DNA of 64,000 nt, from the IMG/VR virus record IMGVR_UViG_3300037518_000459; one strand, 5' to 3'. The DNA is from a virus. Below are positions 35,010 through 45,710 of this stretch, in pieces; positions within the stretch are counted from its first letter, which is position 1; each line of letters opens with the position of its first letter. The notes beneath the pieces are model-generated. The model saw only the letters and a list, made by a program, of their open reading frames with translations, was not told the DNA's origin and searched no databases. The position numbers and the translations under genes were made by a program.

Positions 35010-35270
35010 TTAGCCTCCGATGGGAAGTTTGCCTGCTCCGATTGCCCAGGCCGCGGCGACGGAGACCAGAGCGATGACGAGCACCGAAAGGACCTTGGTG
35101 GCGATGCTCCCGAAGAAGCGCCGGGAGGCTCTGGTGAACTGCAGGTCCCGCTGCACCTCGGTCGGATTGTGCACGTCGAATCCGTAGTGCTCCAGGGTGT
35201 ACCTGACGCACTCCGGTACCGTGGCCTTCACGGCCAGCTTCACGATGTCCTCGATCTCGCTCCGATCCAT
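35010..35270 (-). CDS. Small membrane protein with a C-terminal TM, 86 aa; holin-like candidate
   Basis: Internal M (MDRSEIED) with SD AAGGAGG and a hydrophobic C-terminus. Confidence 0.45.
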   Translation of the reverse strand: MDRSEIEDIVKLAVKATVPECVRYTLEHYGFDVHNPTEVQRDLQFTRASRRFFGSIATKVLSVLVIALVSVAAAWAIGAGKLPIGG

Positions 35271-35317
35271 CGACACGGGGGACCTCCTTTGCGTTCCCCA
35301 TCCTAGCACGGCCCCGG

Positions 35318-38188
35318 CTAGACGATCAAGACCCCGTACGCCTCATTCGTGCCTCCGTGGTGGATCCGGAGGTGCGTGTAGCTGGTGCCGCTCCCGGCCT
35401 GCGTGTGGCGCCACTCGACCTTGTCCCCAGCCGTGATGGAGATGGTCCCGGAGGTGCCTCCCCCGGAGCTGATGACCGTCACGAAACCCCCGTCGTTCAG
35501 CTCCACCTCCAGGGCCCCGGACGTCAGGAGGTCCGTCCCGATCTCGAAGGTGTACGTGGCCGTCACGTCCGCGGTGAATGAGGCGCTGACCACGTTCTGC
35601 GCCCGGGCCCCGGTGTTGTCCAGCCCGGACAGGGCCGCCGAGGTGACCGGGAACTCCCACTGCTCGTCTTGGAGGGCGTCCACGTCGGTGATCGTGGCGT
35701 CGTAGTCGTGGCGGGTGTTGACCAGCACCTGCAGGTCGGTCGGCACGACCCCATCCGTATGGGCCAGGATCTCGGTGCGCGTCACCACGTCCGAGGCTTT
35801 CTGCGCGAACGGCGTGGAGAAAAGCGCCGCGGGAGCCCCGGACACGTCGACCACGCTCACCCGGTGGCGCGTGTTGTTGCCGCCCGGGAACCCGGATCCC
35901 ACGATCCCGTTGACGTTGTCGACCTCGTCGTACGTCTCGAAGTCGCGCCGAGTCCAGCTGACGTCGAACCCAACCTGATCGAGCCCCGAGCCCGAGGCCG
36001 TCGTGTTGTCCAAACTGATGGGCCCCGCCGGGTAGCGCGCGGCCTCGATGTTAAGGTCCTGCGGCGGGTACGGGGCGCGCCCCCGGTCGGCGAGCGTGAT
36101 CTGGATGGTGTTCGCGCCCCCCTCAGACAGCTCGTCCAGGGTGGAGCGCGTGCGCAGCTTGACGTCGACGTTGTTCCCCCGAGGGTAGATGAGGCGCCCG
36201 ATGTTCCCGATGACCAGGAACACGTTCGCGCCGGACGCGTGCTCCCTGGCCACAGAGTCGAGGGCTCCACGATACGCGACCTGCAGGTCGATGTACGTGG
36301 TCTGATCGACGACGTTGGTCACCAGCAGGAACTCGTCCTCGATGAGGAACAGGTTCGCGAGGTCCTGACCCAGGTCCCCGACCGAGGCAGAGGCCAGGAC
36401 CTCGGCCAGGATCTCGTCGATGTTCGTGACCGGGTCCACGCGAATGTCCTCCGTGGCCAGCGTCGTCGGGTTCGCCGTGTTCTGCGGGAGCGTGACGTTC
36501 AGCGTTCCCAGCTTGATGAAGTCGAACACCTCCACGTCTTCCGTGTAGGCCCCCGAAGGCGTGCCCGCAGCGTGACGCGTCCACGCCCTGAAGGACGTGG
36601 CCCCGTCGCCCTGGTGCACCGCGCCCACGTAGATCCGGTCGAACACCCCGGGGTTGCTTGGGTCCCGCAGAGCGATGGCCCTCGGGGCCTCCATGACGAT
36701 GTCCTCGTCCGTGGGAATCGCCACCAGGGTATCGGCCGGCGGCACCCACCCAGAGTTGCCCGGGTTGCCGTAGGACCCCGCCTCGAAGCTGAACGCGTCC
36801 TCGCTGACCTGCAGCGTGATCTTGCCCGAGACCAGTTCGCCGAGGTCCACCTTGTTGACCCGGATGGGCAAGTCCGTGTAGTTCAGGTCGTCGCCGTACG
36901 TCAGGCGCAGCACGTCTCCCGGGTTCACGTCGTAGAAGTCCCTGTTCACGACCAGGGTCCCGTGAGCCAAGGGCCTGCTGCGCCCGCGCAGCTCGCGCCA
37001 CGCGATCTGGTTCGCGAGCGCCGCCGTCTTCACACCGGGGAAGTTCTCGTCGGCCGGCGTGTAGAGGCCCCCCTGGATCCCGAAGTTGGCGATGTCCTGG
37101 GCGCGAGCGCTCGTCGTCTTCCAGTCCGACAGGGACGCGTCGAAGTAGCTGAACTCGATGTTGACCTGATTGATGGTGTCGTCCCAGGACCCGCGCGACC
37201 AGTCCCGGATTTCCAGCACGTTCGAGTTGTCCGCCAGGGGCAAGGACCCGATCGTGTAGCCCCCACGCGCGAGGTTGATCTGCCACAGGGCCGTCGACCG
37301 GTTGAAGAAGAGGAACCCGTCGATCTGCCTCTCGACCTCGCGGATGATGTCGACGATGTCGCGCTGGGAGTCCAGCACGAAGCTGAAGCCGTTGCCCTCC
37401 GTCGCCAACGTGTCGGCGATAGAGACGAAGTTGGCCGTGTCGATGTCCGTGCCGGGAAGGTTCAGGCCCCACTCGTCGTTGGTCAGAATCTCGTAGAGCA
37501 CGTTCGCCGGGTTCATGCCCCCCGCGATGTTCTCGTCTCCCCCGGTCAGCCCAAGGGGGTTGGCGATGCGTTCCACCTCGAACTTCCACGGCTTGATGGA
37601 AGTGGAGTTGCCGATGGTTCCCTTCTCGTAGACGACGTACGCCGTGCCGCGGTAGGCCGGCTGCGGCGACTGGAACGCGGACAGATAGGAGTTGGCGGCC
37701 TGCGTTTCGGTGCCCAGGTAGGCGCGCACGGTGCCGACGATCCCGCCGTTGCCCCCAACGTCGTCGCCGCCGAAGAAGTCCGGGAAGTCCAGGGCCAGCG
37801 CTTCTCCCTCCGCGTCGAATCGGTTCGCGGTCAGGAGCTTGTCCCCGATCCAGATGCGAGTGATGGCGTCGACGGGACCCCGGCACAGGGCCATCTGCAT
37901 GCCCACGAGGTAGTTGTACCCCTTGATGATGGTCTCGCTGGAGAAGATCCCGGTCTTGATCTTCTCCTTGATCGCCCGCGCCTCCAGGTCGCCGTACCAG
38001 ATGACGTTGGGACCCTTCAGCTGCACGGTCCCCCAGACCAGGGGGATCTTGCGTCCCTCGGTCGCGGTGGGAAAGTCGAACTCGCCCAGGTCCTTCGGGC
38101 GCGCGTTCTCGATCTGCGGCTTAGGACGCAGCAGCTCCGAAGCGATGAAGGATCCGACAAAGATGAGCGCGGTAAACCACCAGGGCAT
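35318..38188 (-). CDS. Tail host-specificity protein (lambda J / GTA gp15-like), 956 aa
   Basis: Large protein at the distal end of the tail module, after the BR0599-like gene. Confidence 0.7.
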   Translation of the reverse strand: MPWWFTALIFVGSFIASELLRPKPQIENARPKDLGEFDFPTATEGRKIPLVWGTVQLKGPNVIWYGDLEARAIKEKIKTGIFSSETIIKGYNYLVGMQMALCRGPVDAITRIWIGDKLLTANRFDAEGEALALDFPDFFGGDDVGGNGGIVGTVRAYLGTETQAANSYLSAFQSPQPAYRGTAYVVYEKGTIGNSTSIKPWKFEVERIANPLGLTGGDENIAGGMNPANVLYEILTNDEWGLNLPGTDIDTANFVSIADTLATEGNGFSFVLDSQRDIVDIIREVERQIDGFLFFNRSTALWQINLARGGYTIGSLPLADNSNVLEIRDWSRGSWDDTINQVNIEFSYFDASLSDWKTTSARAQDIANFGIQGGLYTPADENFPGVKTAALANQIAWRELRGRSRPLAHGTLVVNRDFYDVNPGDVLRLTYGDDLNYTDLPIRVNKVDLGELVSGKITLQVSEDAFSFEAGSYGNPGNSGWVPPADTLVAIPTDEDIVMEAPRAIALRDPSNPGVFDRIYVGAVHQGDGATSFRAWTRHAAGTPSGAYTEDVEVFDFIKLGTLNVTLPQNTANPTTLATEDIRVDPVTNIDEILAEVLASASVGDLGQDLANLFLIEDEFLLVTNVVDQTTYIDLQVAYRGALDSVAREHASGANVFLVIGNIGRLIYPRGNNVDVKLRTRSTLDELSEGGANTIQITLADRGRAPYPPQDLNIEAARYPAGPISLDNTTASGSGLDQVGFDVSWTRRDFETYDEVDNVNGIVGSGFPGGNNTRHRVSVVDVSGAPAALFSTPFAQKASDVVTRTEILAHTDGVVPTDLQVLVNTRHDYDATITDVDALQDEQWEFPVTSAALSGLDNTGARAQNVVSASFTADVTATYTFEIGTDLLTSGALEVELNDGGFVTVISSGGGTSGTISITAGDKVEWRHTQAGSGTSYTHLRIHHGGTNEAYGVLIV

Positions 38189-38197
38189 GTCGGGCTC

Positions 38198-39010
38198 CTA
38201 GTCCAGACCCGTGATGAACGGGTTCTTGTTGGGCACGAAGGGGGTCCCGCCGAAGTTCAACTCGTTGGCGAACTTCGACTGGCACGTCGCGAGGCTGTGG
38301 TCGCAGCCGGCAAAGACGTCGACCGTTTCCCCCAGAGGGGTGTCCTCGAACGGAAACAGGAGTTGGAGGGTGTCCGTGGCGGTGTGGCGGATGATCAGGC
38401 GCCGATCGCCGTTGGCCCGAACCACCTCACCGGCTGTGGCCCAGCCGACGCCCTTCGAGCCGTCGAGGCCCGTCACGGTGATCGTGCTGCCGGACACGGT
38501 GGCCACCGTTCCCTGGTATCGAAACGCCCCGGGAGCCACCTTGCAGCGCGCGTCGTAGAGCATGTGGCTGCACTGGGCCCCGAAGTCGATCCGGGGCATC
38601 GCCTTGGCCAGGGCCCCTTCCACGGGCACCACGAGGAGGGTGGCCTGCTGACCAGAGTCCTCGAACTTCACGGTCTTCACCACGCCCTTGAATAGGAGCA
38701 CCGTGTCGGTCAGGTCCCCGCGGTGCACGCGGAAAATCTGGAGGGTAGCCTGACTGACCGGGATGCTCGCCACGTACTTCTGCGCGAACGTGTTGCTGGC
38801 CGGCATCGTCACTTCGATCGGCTGGGTGCGCGCCTCGGGGCTGATCGGGATCGAGGACCGCTTCAGAGGAATCGCCGTCCAAGTGTTGGCGGACACGACG
38901 ATGTCGTCCTCCCCGCTGGCGTACCTGAACACGTCCACCCCAAGGCGGATCTCGTACAGCTCAACGGGCTGCCCCGATTCTACGCTGGTCTCTTCCGCGT
39001 CGTAACTCAT
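38198..39010 (-). CDS. Tail tip protein, phage BR0599/DUF2163-like, 270 aa
   Basis: C-terminal GCDHSLATCQSKF...NFGG motif and position between the Dit-like and J-like genes. Confidence 0.6.
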   Translation of the reverse strand: MSYDAEETSVESGQPVELYEIRLGVDVFRYASGEDDIVVSANTWTAIPLKRSSIPISPEARTQPIEVTMPASNTFAQKYVASIPVSQATLQIFRVHRGDLTDTVLLFKGVVKTVKFEDSGQQATLLVVPVEGALAKAMPRIDFGAQCSHMLYDARCKVAPGAFRYQGTVATVSGSTITVTGLDGSKGVGWATAGEVVRANGDRRLIIRHTATDTLQLLFPFEDTPLGETVDVFAGCDHSLATCQSKFANELNFGGTPFVPNKNPFITGLD

Positions 39011-40734
39011 TCGAGCACCGCCTTCACTGGAAACGTGAGCGTACCGCGTCCGGCGAAATCATCGTGGATGATGACCACCGTGTCCGTGTCCAACCGCACC
39101 TTCTCGATCAGGTCGATGAAGTCGACATCCGCCACGGCGATGTTGGCCGGCCAGCCCGAGTCCACCGTTAGGTGCTCGATGGTGTCCGACAGCTCGGCCG
39201 ACGACAGAATGGTCCTGATGGTCTTGGTGCCGTCCTTCTCCACCACGCGCAAGATGTTCCTGGGCTGCCGAGACTGCGAGAAGTCACTGTACCCCGCATT
39301 CTGAACGTCCGCCGTCGTCCCCGCCACTACGAGGGCCGAGTCCAGGGTAAACTCCTCCGCGAAGGTAGGCAGGTAGAACGACACCTGTCGCCCCCGAAGC
39401 GCGTGCAGCAATTGCCGGATCTGCCACATGGCCTGCCGACTCTGGGGTCGGAACCTCTTGGCGGAGCCCCGGCGAGAGACGTCCCATTGGCTGATCTGGG
39501 AAAGGATGCCGGTCTCTCCATCGAACACGTGCACCTGCCGGTCGAAGAATTCGGGTACCGTCTCGCGGACGAAGTTGGGGTCGTCCAGCAGCACCTTGCC
39601 GTTGAAGGCGTTGAAGGCCGAGACGTCCGCGAGGTTCGCGTCGTTGTCCGTCACGATGAACCGAATGCGGTAGTTGGTCGCCCCGACGGGGTAACGCCGG
39701 ATCCGCGGCTGGGACTCCACGAAGGCCACCCGCATCGGGAACACGAGGGTGCCCACCGGGAACGCCTTGGTCGCGGTCGAGGTGAGCGTGAAGCTGCTGG
39801 CGCCGACCACGTCCACGTTCAGGATCTCGTAGTCCGTCTCGTCCGTCCAGATGATGGCCAATCCCGAGTCCCTGAGATCCGAGTAGCTTGTGTCGTCCAC
39901 GTTGATCGTTGAGTCCCCGATGCCGACGGCCGCAGACAGGTACATGGCGTCCGTCCAGACCGGAAGGCCGAACAGCCGCGCCTGCCAGTCGAACAGGAGG
40001 TTCTCCAGGCGTTGGCGCTCGACGTTGTTCTCCCGCAGGAACCCCAGGTCGTAGAGCTGCCGGGGGTTCTTGCGCAGCGCCACCCGCTTCTCCGTCCCAT
40101 CCACGGCGCGCTGGACGTCGGTCAGCCACGCCAGCTCCTCTCGGATCTTGCGCTCCGGGGCGAACACGATGGGCACCAGACGGGTGAGGCTGATCGGCTG
40201 GACCACGATGATGGTGGACGCATCGAAGTCGTAGACCAGCGTCGAGTCCACGGACGGTGGCCCGTCGGGGGTCACCGTCAGCGTGAGCACGAGCCCGTTC
40301 ATGGACGGAATCGTGGTGGGAAGAGCCGGATTGTTCAGGCTGATCCCCGCGCCGGCATTGTTAGTCCACGCCCCATAGTCGTGCGACGAGAAGTCCGCGT
40401 TGAAGATGTCGATGGTCACCTGAACGGTGCCCAGGATGTTGCCCAAGGCGATCTCCCTGGGTGTCACGTGGATCAGCCCGAACCACAGCCCCCCGATGCC
40501 CTCGCCCTCGCAGCTCGGGTGATTCACGCTGGAGATGGACGGAATCACTGGGGTGCTCGGGCCAGCCAGCGCCTCGGCCGCGAGGAAGTCGCCCAGAAGG
40601 TAGTCCATGCGCGGAGACACGGGTGCCCCGGTGCCCCCCAAGGCGCCAGCCGTGTAGCCCGGCTCGAACTGGTCGTCCGACATCTGGTCGGTCAGCTCGT
40701 ACGCCGTGTTGTTCCAGCTCGGGTGCGCAACCAT
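39007..40734 (-). CDS. Distal tail (Dit-like) protein, 575 aa
   Basis: Position downstream of the tape measure and paralogous tail proteins. Confidence 0.5.
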   Translation of the reverse strand: MVAHPSWNNTAYELTDQMSDDQFEPGYTAGALGGTGAPVSPRMDYLLGDFLAAEALAGPSTPVIPSISSVNHPSCEGEGIGGLWFGLIHVTPREIALGNILGTVQVTIDIFNADFSSHDYGAWTNNAGAGISLNNPALPTTIPSMNGLVLTLTVTPDGPPSVDSTLVYDFDASTIIVVQPISLTRLVPIVFAPERKIREELAWLTDVQRAVDGTEKRVALRKNPRQLYDLGFLRENNVERQRLENLLFDWQARLFGLPVWTDAMYLSAAVGIGDSTINVDDTSYSDLRDSGLAIIWTDETDYEILNVDVVGASSFTLTSTATKAFPVGTLVFPMRVAFVESQPRIRRYPVGATNYRIRFIVTDNDANLADVSAFNAFNGKVLLDDPNFVRETVPEFFDRQVHVFDGETGILSQISQWDVSRRGSAKRFRPQSRQAMWQIRQLLHALRGRQVSFYLPTFAEEFTLDSALVVAGTTADVQNAGYSDFSQSRQPRNILRVVEKDGTKTIRTILSSAELSDTIEHLTVDSGWPANIAVADVDFIDLIEKVRLDTDTVVIIHDDFAGRGTLTFPVKAVLE

Positions 40735-40735
40735 G

Positions 40736-41722
40736 CTAGGTCGTGTTCTTCTTGTAGAAGATGCCGCCGTTGCCCGACTGCTCGATGTCCGGATTCGACG
40801 CCCACGCCTTGCGGACGATCGGGAACGGGATCCACGTCTCGCTGCCGAACGCGTACTCCTGCTTGGGCTCGAACGCCCGGATGTTCGCGACGCGGACGTC
40901 GGGCTGGTAGCCCATGAAGAACCAGCGATCGGGAGCCGGCGCGAGGTTCTGGTAGATCACCGAAACCGGGCACCCAGGAACCGCCCCGGTCAGCGCCGAA
41001 GCCACGAACCCGCCGAAGGAGCGTACGTACGGACCCCCACGGCTGCCCCCGAAGCACGGGGTTCGGCCCACGCCGTCCGAATCGTTTCCGGCGGAAGTGA
41101 TTCCTCCGATCACGCCCCACTTGGAGGAGGCGGACGGCTCCCCCTGGAAACCCTCCATGCGGATCGTGGCACACTCGGCTGTAACGTTGGGCAACGAATC
41201 GAGAAGTACCGAGTGACCGGAGTCATTCGGAGTATCGATAGCCCCCGCAGCTTGATCCCATGTGTGGCCGTACGCGTATGCTCCTCCGGCCCAATCTCCG
41301 ACCTTCACGAGGTCCCCGAAGCCGAAGTGCCGGAAGAAGCCGGGAGTGTACTCGATCACCACGTGAATGTAGCTCTCCCCAGCGCCAGTGGCGTTGGAGA
41401 AGAACCAGTAGGTCCCCCCACCGTTCCCAATCAGCTCCACCCGACGAGTGTTCGTGTTGCCGTCGGCCCCGTTGCCAGAGTCCCCGGGATTGGATCCAGG
41501 AGCACTGCCGTCGTACCCCGTGGACTGGAAGACCCAGATGTGGTTCGTGTTGTCCCACGTGAACTGCACGAAGACGGTGCCCTTCGAGATGGCCATCTCG
41601 TCGTTCACCGTGTCCAGCTCGCCGTTCGTCCAGGTCCCGTCCGTGCCCCCGGCCACGGCGAACGTGTGGAGCTTGGTCATCAGGTCTTCCTGGTTGGTAT
41701 AGGTGCTGCTCTCGAAAGCCAT
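40736..41722 (-). CDS. Tail protein, 328 aa (paralog of 41725..42795)
   Basis: N-terminus MAFESSTYTNQEDLMTKLHTF against MAWQTGTSTDHQDLLADLRTF of the neighbouring gene. Confidence 0.55.
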   Translation of the reverse strand: MAFESSTYTNQEDLMTKLHTFAVAGGTDGTWTNGELDTVNDEMAISKGTVFVQFTWDNTNHIWVFQSTGYDGSAPGSNPGDSGNGADGNTNTRRVELIGNGGGTYWFFSNATGAGESYIHVVIEYTPGFFRHFGFGDLVKVGDWAGGAYAYGHTWDQAAGAIDTPNDSGHSVLLDSLPNVTAECATIRMEGFQGEPSASSKWGVIGGITSAGNDSDGVGRTPCFGGSRGGPYVRSFGGFVASALTGAVPGCPVSVIYQNLAPAPDRWFFMGYQPDVRVANIRAFEPKQEYAFGSETWIPFPIVRKAWASNPDIEQSGNGGIFYKKNTT

Positions 41723-41724
41723 TT

Positions 41725-42795
41725 CTATACCTCCTCGATGGCCTGCAGGTTGAAGTCCGACGACCGATTGCCCTGCGCGAACACGTGGAACGTCGAAGCC
41801 CCGTCGGTCAACGTGTCCTCCGACGTGACCGCCCCGTCCACCTGCCCGGGCGCCGCGGAAACCCAGAAGACGCCGTCTAGCTCACCGTAGATTTGACTCT
41901 CCGGGTTGGCGTTGAACCCCCAAATCGTCAGGGGGAACCTCTTGACCAGATCCCCGCCGCTGTCATCACTCTTGTACAGCTTGGCCACTTCGGTTCCCGG
42001 GTTCCCGCTGTTGGGAATGACCTGGGTCCAGTCGCGCGTGGCCACCGACTCGATCCACAGTCGGTCCGCGTCATCCGGGACGGTGGTAGTGTTGATGATG
42101 GGACTGTTGCAGGGCCAGACTCCCCGGCCGCTGATGAGCGTGCGCCCGTTGACGGTGGTCTCGAACGAGTTTCGCACCGGCAACCACAGCCCAGCGGGGC
42201 TACGAACGAACGCCGGCCCGTTGTTGCTGTTGGACAGCATCGTGATCGGATCGGCCAGACCGGACAGGCCAATGTTCCCCGAGTTCGGAAGCCGATCGAA
42301 CTGGGCCGTGCAGCCGGCGATGTACAGTGGGTACGGGTACTCGCTGGCCGCCGCGAAGGGATTCAGGAAGCCGAGGTAGAAGCTGAGGTACGACGTTCCG
42401 ATCTTCAGCACCCCGTAGACCCGGCGGCCGGTCGCGCTGAACCAATAGGTGATCGTTCCACTGGACGCAGGGACGTAAGCCCCGTACTTGAGCGCGGTGG
42501 TCAGGCCATCGTATCGCCCCGGGCTGATGCCCGGCTGGTTCTCCCAGGTGTTGCCCGCCGCATAGCCAGTGAAGCCCGCCAGCTCCCAGTTGTAGGCGTT
42601 GGCCGACGAGTTGAAGAACGTGCGGATCCCGATGTAGAAGTCCTCCGACGTGGAGTGCACGATCATCTCGTCATTTTCCGCGTCGTTCACCGCGAGATCG
42701 TACCGGTCACTCGTGTAGCCGTTGGCCAGCAGGAACGTTCGCAGGTCCGCGAGCAGATCCTGATGGTCGGTGGAAGTGCCAGTCTGCCAAGCCAT
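41725..42795 (-). CDS. Tail protein, 356 aa (paralog of 40736..41722)
   Basis: Internal M with SD AAGGAGAAAG directly after the tape measure gene. Confidence 0.55.
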   Translation of the reverse strand: MAWQTGTSTDHQDLLADLRTFLLANGYTSDRYDLAVNDAENDEMIVHSTSEDFYIGIRTFFNSSANAYNWELAGFTGYAAGNTWENQPGISPGRYDGLTTALKYGAYVPASSGTITYWFSATGRRVYGVLKIGTSYLSFYLGFLNPFAAASEYPYPLYIAGCTAQFDRLPNSGNIGLSGLADPITMLSNSNNGPAFVRSPAGLWLPVRNSFETTVNGRTLISGRGVWPCNSPIINTTTVPDDADRLWIESVATRDWTQVIPNSGNPGTEVAKLYKSDDSGGDLVKRFPLTIWGFNANPESQIYGELDGVFWVSAAPGQVDGAVTSEDTLTDGASTFHVFAQGNRSSDFNLQAIEEV

Positions 42796-42808
42796 TGCTT
42801 CTTTCTCC

Positions 42809-45250
42809 TTAGACGCCGAGCGCGGCCCGGATCTGGCTGCGGTTGCGCGAGACGAGCTGCACGATCGTGTGCCCACCCTCGACAGAGTTCAGGAACGCGG
42901 GAACGTCGTTGGGGTCCGCCACCGCGATCACGTTGACCTGCTGCGGGGCCTGTTGCTGCACGGGCTGCACGTTGGCCTGCTGGCCGGGACCCACGAACAC
43001 GTTCTCCGGCCCGCGCTCTCCAACCCGCATGACGCGTCCCTCGCGCCCGCCCTGCACGGTGCCCCCGAAAGCCTTACCGACAGGAGACACTCCGATGCTG
43101 GCCAGGAACCCGCCGCCACCCAGGGCGGTGATCGACTGGATGAGCAAGAGGCGGAACGTCAGCTGCGCGAGCTGCCCGAGCACATCCGACAGCCCGGCCT
43201 TGAAGCTCTCGAAGAAGTCCCCGATGTTGCCCCCGCGACGGAACGTCTCAGACAGGGCATCCCCGAAGGACTGAAGGGTGCCGATGCCCGTCTGCTCCAG
43301 GGACTGGAACAAGGACTGCGCCGGCTGGATGAACCCAGCGAGGAGCCCCTTGCCCGCGCCGCTGATCGAGTTGTCCGTCTCCAGGATCTTGCGGTTCAGC
43401 TCCGCCAGCTTGTTGTTGAACTCGTCCAGGTTGATGCGGCCCGAGTCATACAGGATATTCAGCGCTTCGACCTGAACCATGTGCTGCTGCAGGGGGCCCT
43501 TGATCTCCTCGTAGAGGCTCGCCTGATCCGCCAGGAGCTGGTTCCGCGTGATCAGCTTATCGATCGCCGCCACGTCCGCGAGGTCGAACTGCGCACCGGC
43601 CTTCCGCAGCGCCACAACGATGCGAAGGAGCTGCTCCTCCCGCTCCCGCTCGCGGTTGTTCAGCTGCAGCAGGCGCCCCTCTTGCTCCAGCTGCGCGAGC
43701 ACCTGCGCCACCGTCAGCTTCGGCGCCTTGCCTCCGGTGACCGTTGCGGTCTTCACCCCAGGGTCTTCTAGATTAACCTTGCTCGCCTCGAATGCCCGCC
43801 GGTTGGCGTCGATCTGGCGCTTCGTGGCCCGCTGGTTGGCGCGGTCGAATACCCCGTCCACCGCGTCTTCCACCCTGGTCCCCTCCAGTATGCCGGCCAG
43901 CCGATCCCCAAAGTCCAGGAATCCGGCGCCAAACTGATCTCGGAAACCCAGGTCGAGAGCCTCCGCGATGGACGCGCCTCCCTTACGCGCAGCACCGACC
44001 GTGGCGCTGAAGCCGGCCAACTTGTCCAGATCCAGCAGGAGGGTAAGCACCGCAACCGTAGTGCGAAACGAACTGGCGACTGTCTCAGCAAGCACCTTGA
44101 ACGAGTTGATGATCACATCGATGATCCTGGCAATACCAAAAGCAAGGGAGCGAAAGTCAAGCAGCTCAAAGTTGTCGTTGACGTCCTGGACGGCTAGGAC
44201 GACCCCCTTCACGAAGAACCCAAGCTCGAAGACGATAGTCTTGAGTGCCTCGACACCAACATCCTGAAACGTAGTGAAGCTACCTTCGGCCACCATGAGC
44301 TGACTGCTAAAGGCGATCAGCGCCGAAGTTGCCAGAGTAAGCCCTGTCACGATCAGACCGATGGGGTTCGCCAGAATAGCCGCCGTGATCCCGACGATAC
44401 CATTCCTGATGGCATTCAGCGCCAGAGCGATTCCGCCAGCGGCGATGATCCGAACAAAAATGTCGATGTTCTTGGCCAGGGCCAGAACGATTTCACTAAA
44501 CGTCTGAGCCGCACCAGTGCCAGCATTCAACCGCCCGATGAAAATAACCACTTCGTTACGCAGCACCGCGAACGACTGCTGGATGGTGGGAACAGTCGTC
44601 TTGAACAGGAACTCCAGCTCATCTCGGGAGTTCTTGAATGCCTCCAGGATCACTTCGGCCGTGATCGCACCGGTAGCCCCCAGCTTGCGCAGCGCCCCGC
44701 GCGTCACGCCGAGCTGCTTCGCGATCACGTCCGCCACGAGCGGCAGCTGCTCCAGCACCGATCGAAGCTCGTCCCCGCGAAGGGAGCCGGACGCGATGCC
44801 CTGGGAGAACTGGATCAGTCCCTTCTCGGCTTCCACTGCCGTGGCGCCGGAAAGGATGATGGCTTGGTTGACCGAGCGCGTCAGATCCAACAGCTGCCGC
44901 TGGGACACACCCAATTCCCGCGAGGCCAGAGCCGCGCGCGCGTAGAACTCGCCCGTGTTGCTGAACGCCGTGCGCGTTTCGTTCGCAGTCTTCCGAAGCT
45001 CCTCGGTCACCACGCCCAGCTCGGCCGAACTCTTCGTGACGAGCTTGAGCCGGTTCTGGAGGCTGGTGTAGGCGTCCGAATACTGGATGACGGAACGGAT
45101 CGCCAGCACGCCACCAAGGAGGCCGAGGGCGCGCTGAAGGATCCCTACTCCGTTGGCTGCCTGCCGACCGGAGTCCCCGATGTTCTTGAAGTTGCGGACA
45201 ACCTTGAGGGCGCCGTCTGCCCGGAGCCGGATGATTAGATTCTCGGCCAT
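42809..45250 (-). CDS. Tape measure protein, 813 aa
   Basis: Long Ala/Gly/Leu-rich protein between the chaperone genes and the tail tip genes. Confidence 0.8.
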   Translation of the reverse strand: MAENLIIRLRADGALKVVRNFKNIGDSGRQAANGVGILQRALGLLGGVLAIRSVIQYSDAYTSLQNRLKLVTKSSAELGVVTEELRKTANETRTAFSNTGEFYARAALASRELGVSQRQLLDLTRSVNQAIILSGATAVEAEKGLIQFSQGIASGSLRGDELRSVLEQLPLVADVIAKQLGVTRGALRKLGATGAITAEVILEAFKNSRDELEFLFKTTVPTIQQSFAVLRNEVVIFIGRLNAGTGAAQTFSEIVLALAKNIDIFVRIIAAGGIALALNAIRNGIVGITAAILANPIGLIVTGLTLATSALIAFSSQLMVAEGSFTTFQDVGVEALKTIVFELGFFVKGVVLAVQDVNDNFELLDFRSLAFGIARIIDVIINSFKVLAETVASSFRTTVAVLTLLLDLDKLAGFSATVGAARKGGASIAEALDLGFRDQFGAGFLDFGDRLAGILEGTRVEDAVDGVFDRANQRATKRQIDANRRAFEASKVNLEDPGVKTATVTGGKAPKLTVAQVLAQLEQEGRLLQLNNREREREEQLLRIVVALRKAGAQFDLADVAAIDKLITRNQLLADQASLYEEIKGPLQQHMVQVEALNILYDSGRINLDEFNNKLAELNRKILETDNSISGAGKGLLAGFIQPAQSLFQSLEQTGIGTLQSFGDALSETFRRGGNIGDFFESFKAGLSDVLGQLAQLTFRLLLIQSITALGGGGFLASIGVSPVGKAFGGTVQGGREGRVMRVGERGPENVFVGPGQQANVQPVQQQAPQQVNVIAVADPNDVPAFLNSVEGGHTIVQLVSRNRSQIRAALGV

Positions 45251-45253
45251 TTC

Positions 45254-45709
45254 CTACCCGGTCCCCGGCGGCAGCAGCTTTGTCTCTTTCAGCACGCGGC
45301 GACCTGCCAGAATCGCTTGCCTGCTCATTCCCTTGGGGGCCTGACGACTACTTCCGCGGTCCAGCTCCCCGATGTACGGCACCCCGTTCGAGACGTAGAT
45401 GTCGCCCGATCCGAGCCGCCACGACGCGATCACCGGCCGCCCCTGGGAGAAAGCCTGATCCGCGGCCTGCCTCCCTCGCGCGCTGACGCTGTCCCCACCC
45501 GGTGGCTCGTTGTCCGTGAGCACGGGGGACCCGAAGCTCACGAACCAGTTGCTCCGAGCCCGCCCGGTATCCACGGGGGTCGTGACGACCACCGTCTGGT
45601 GGACCGCCAGCGCCACCGATCGCATGAGTTGAGTCGCCCGCGTAATGAACTCCGCGGAGATGAAGTTCATCCGATTAGCGAGTTCCCCGAACGATCGGTG
45701 CGTCGGCAC
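45254..45709 (-). CDS. HK97 gp10-like protein, ~151 aa; start uncertain, GTG at 45709 or ATG at 45670
   Basis: TPVDTGRARSNW matches the HK97 gp10 family signature. Confidence 0.5.
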   Translation of the reverse strand: MPTHRSFGELANRMNFISAEFITRATQLMRSVALAVHQTVVVTTPVDTGRARSNWFVSFGSPVLTDNEPPGGDSVSARGRQAADQAFSQGRPVIASWRLGSGDIYVSNGVPYIGELDRGSSRQAPKGMSRQAILAGRRVLKETKLLPPGTG

Positions 45710-45710
45710 G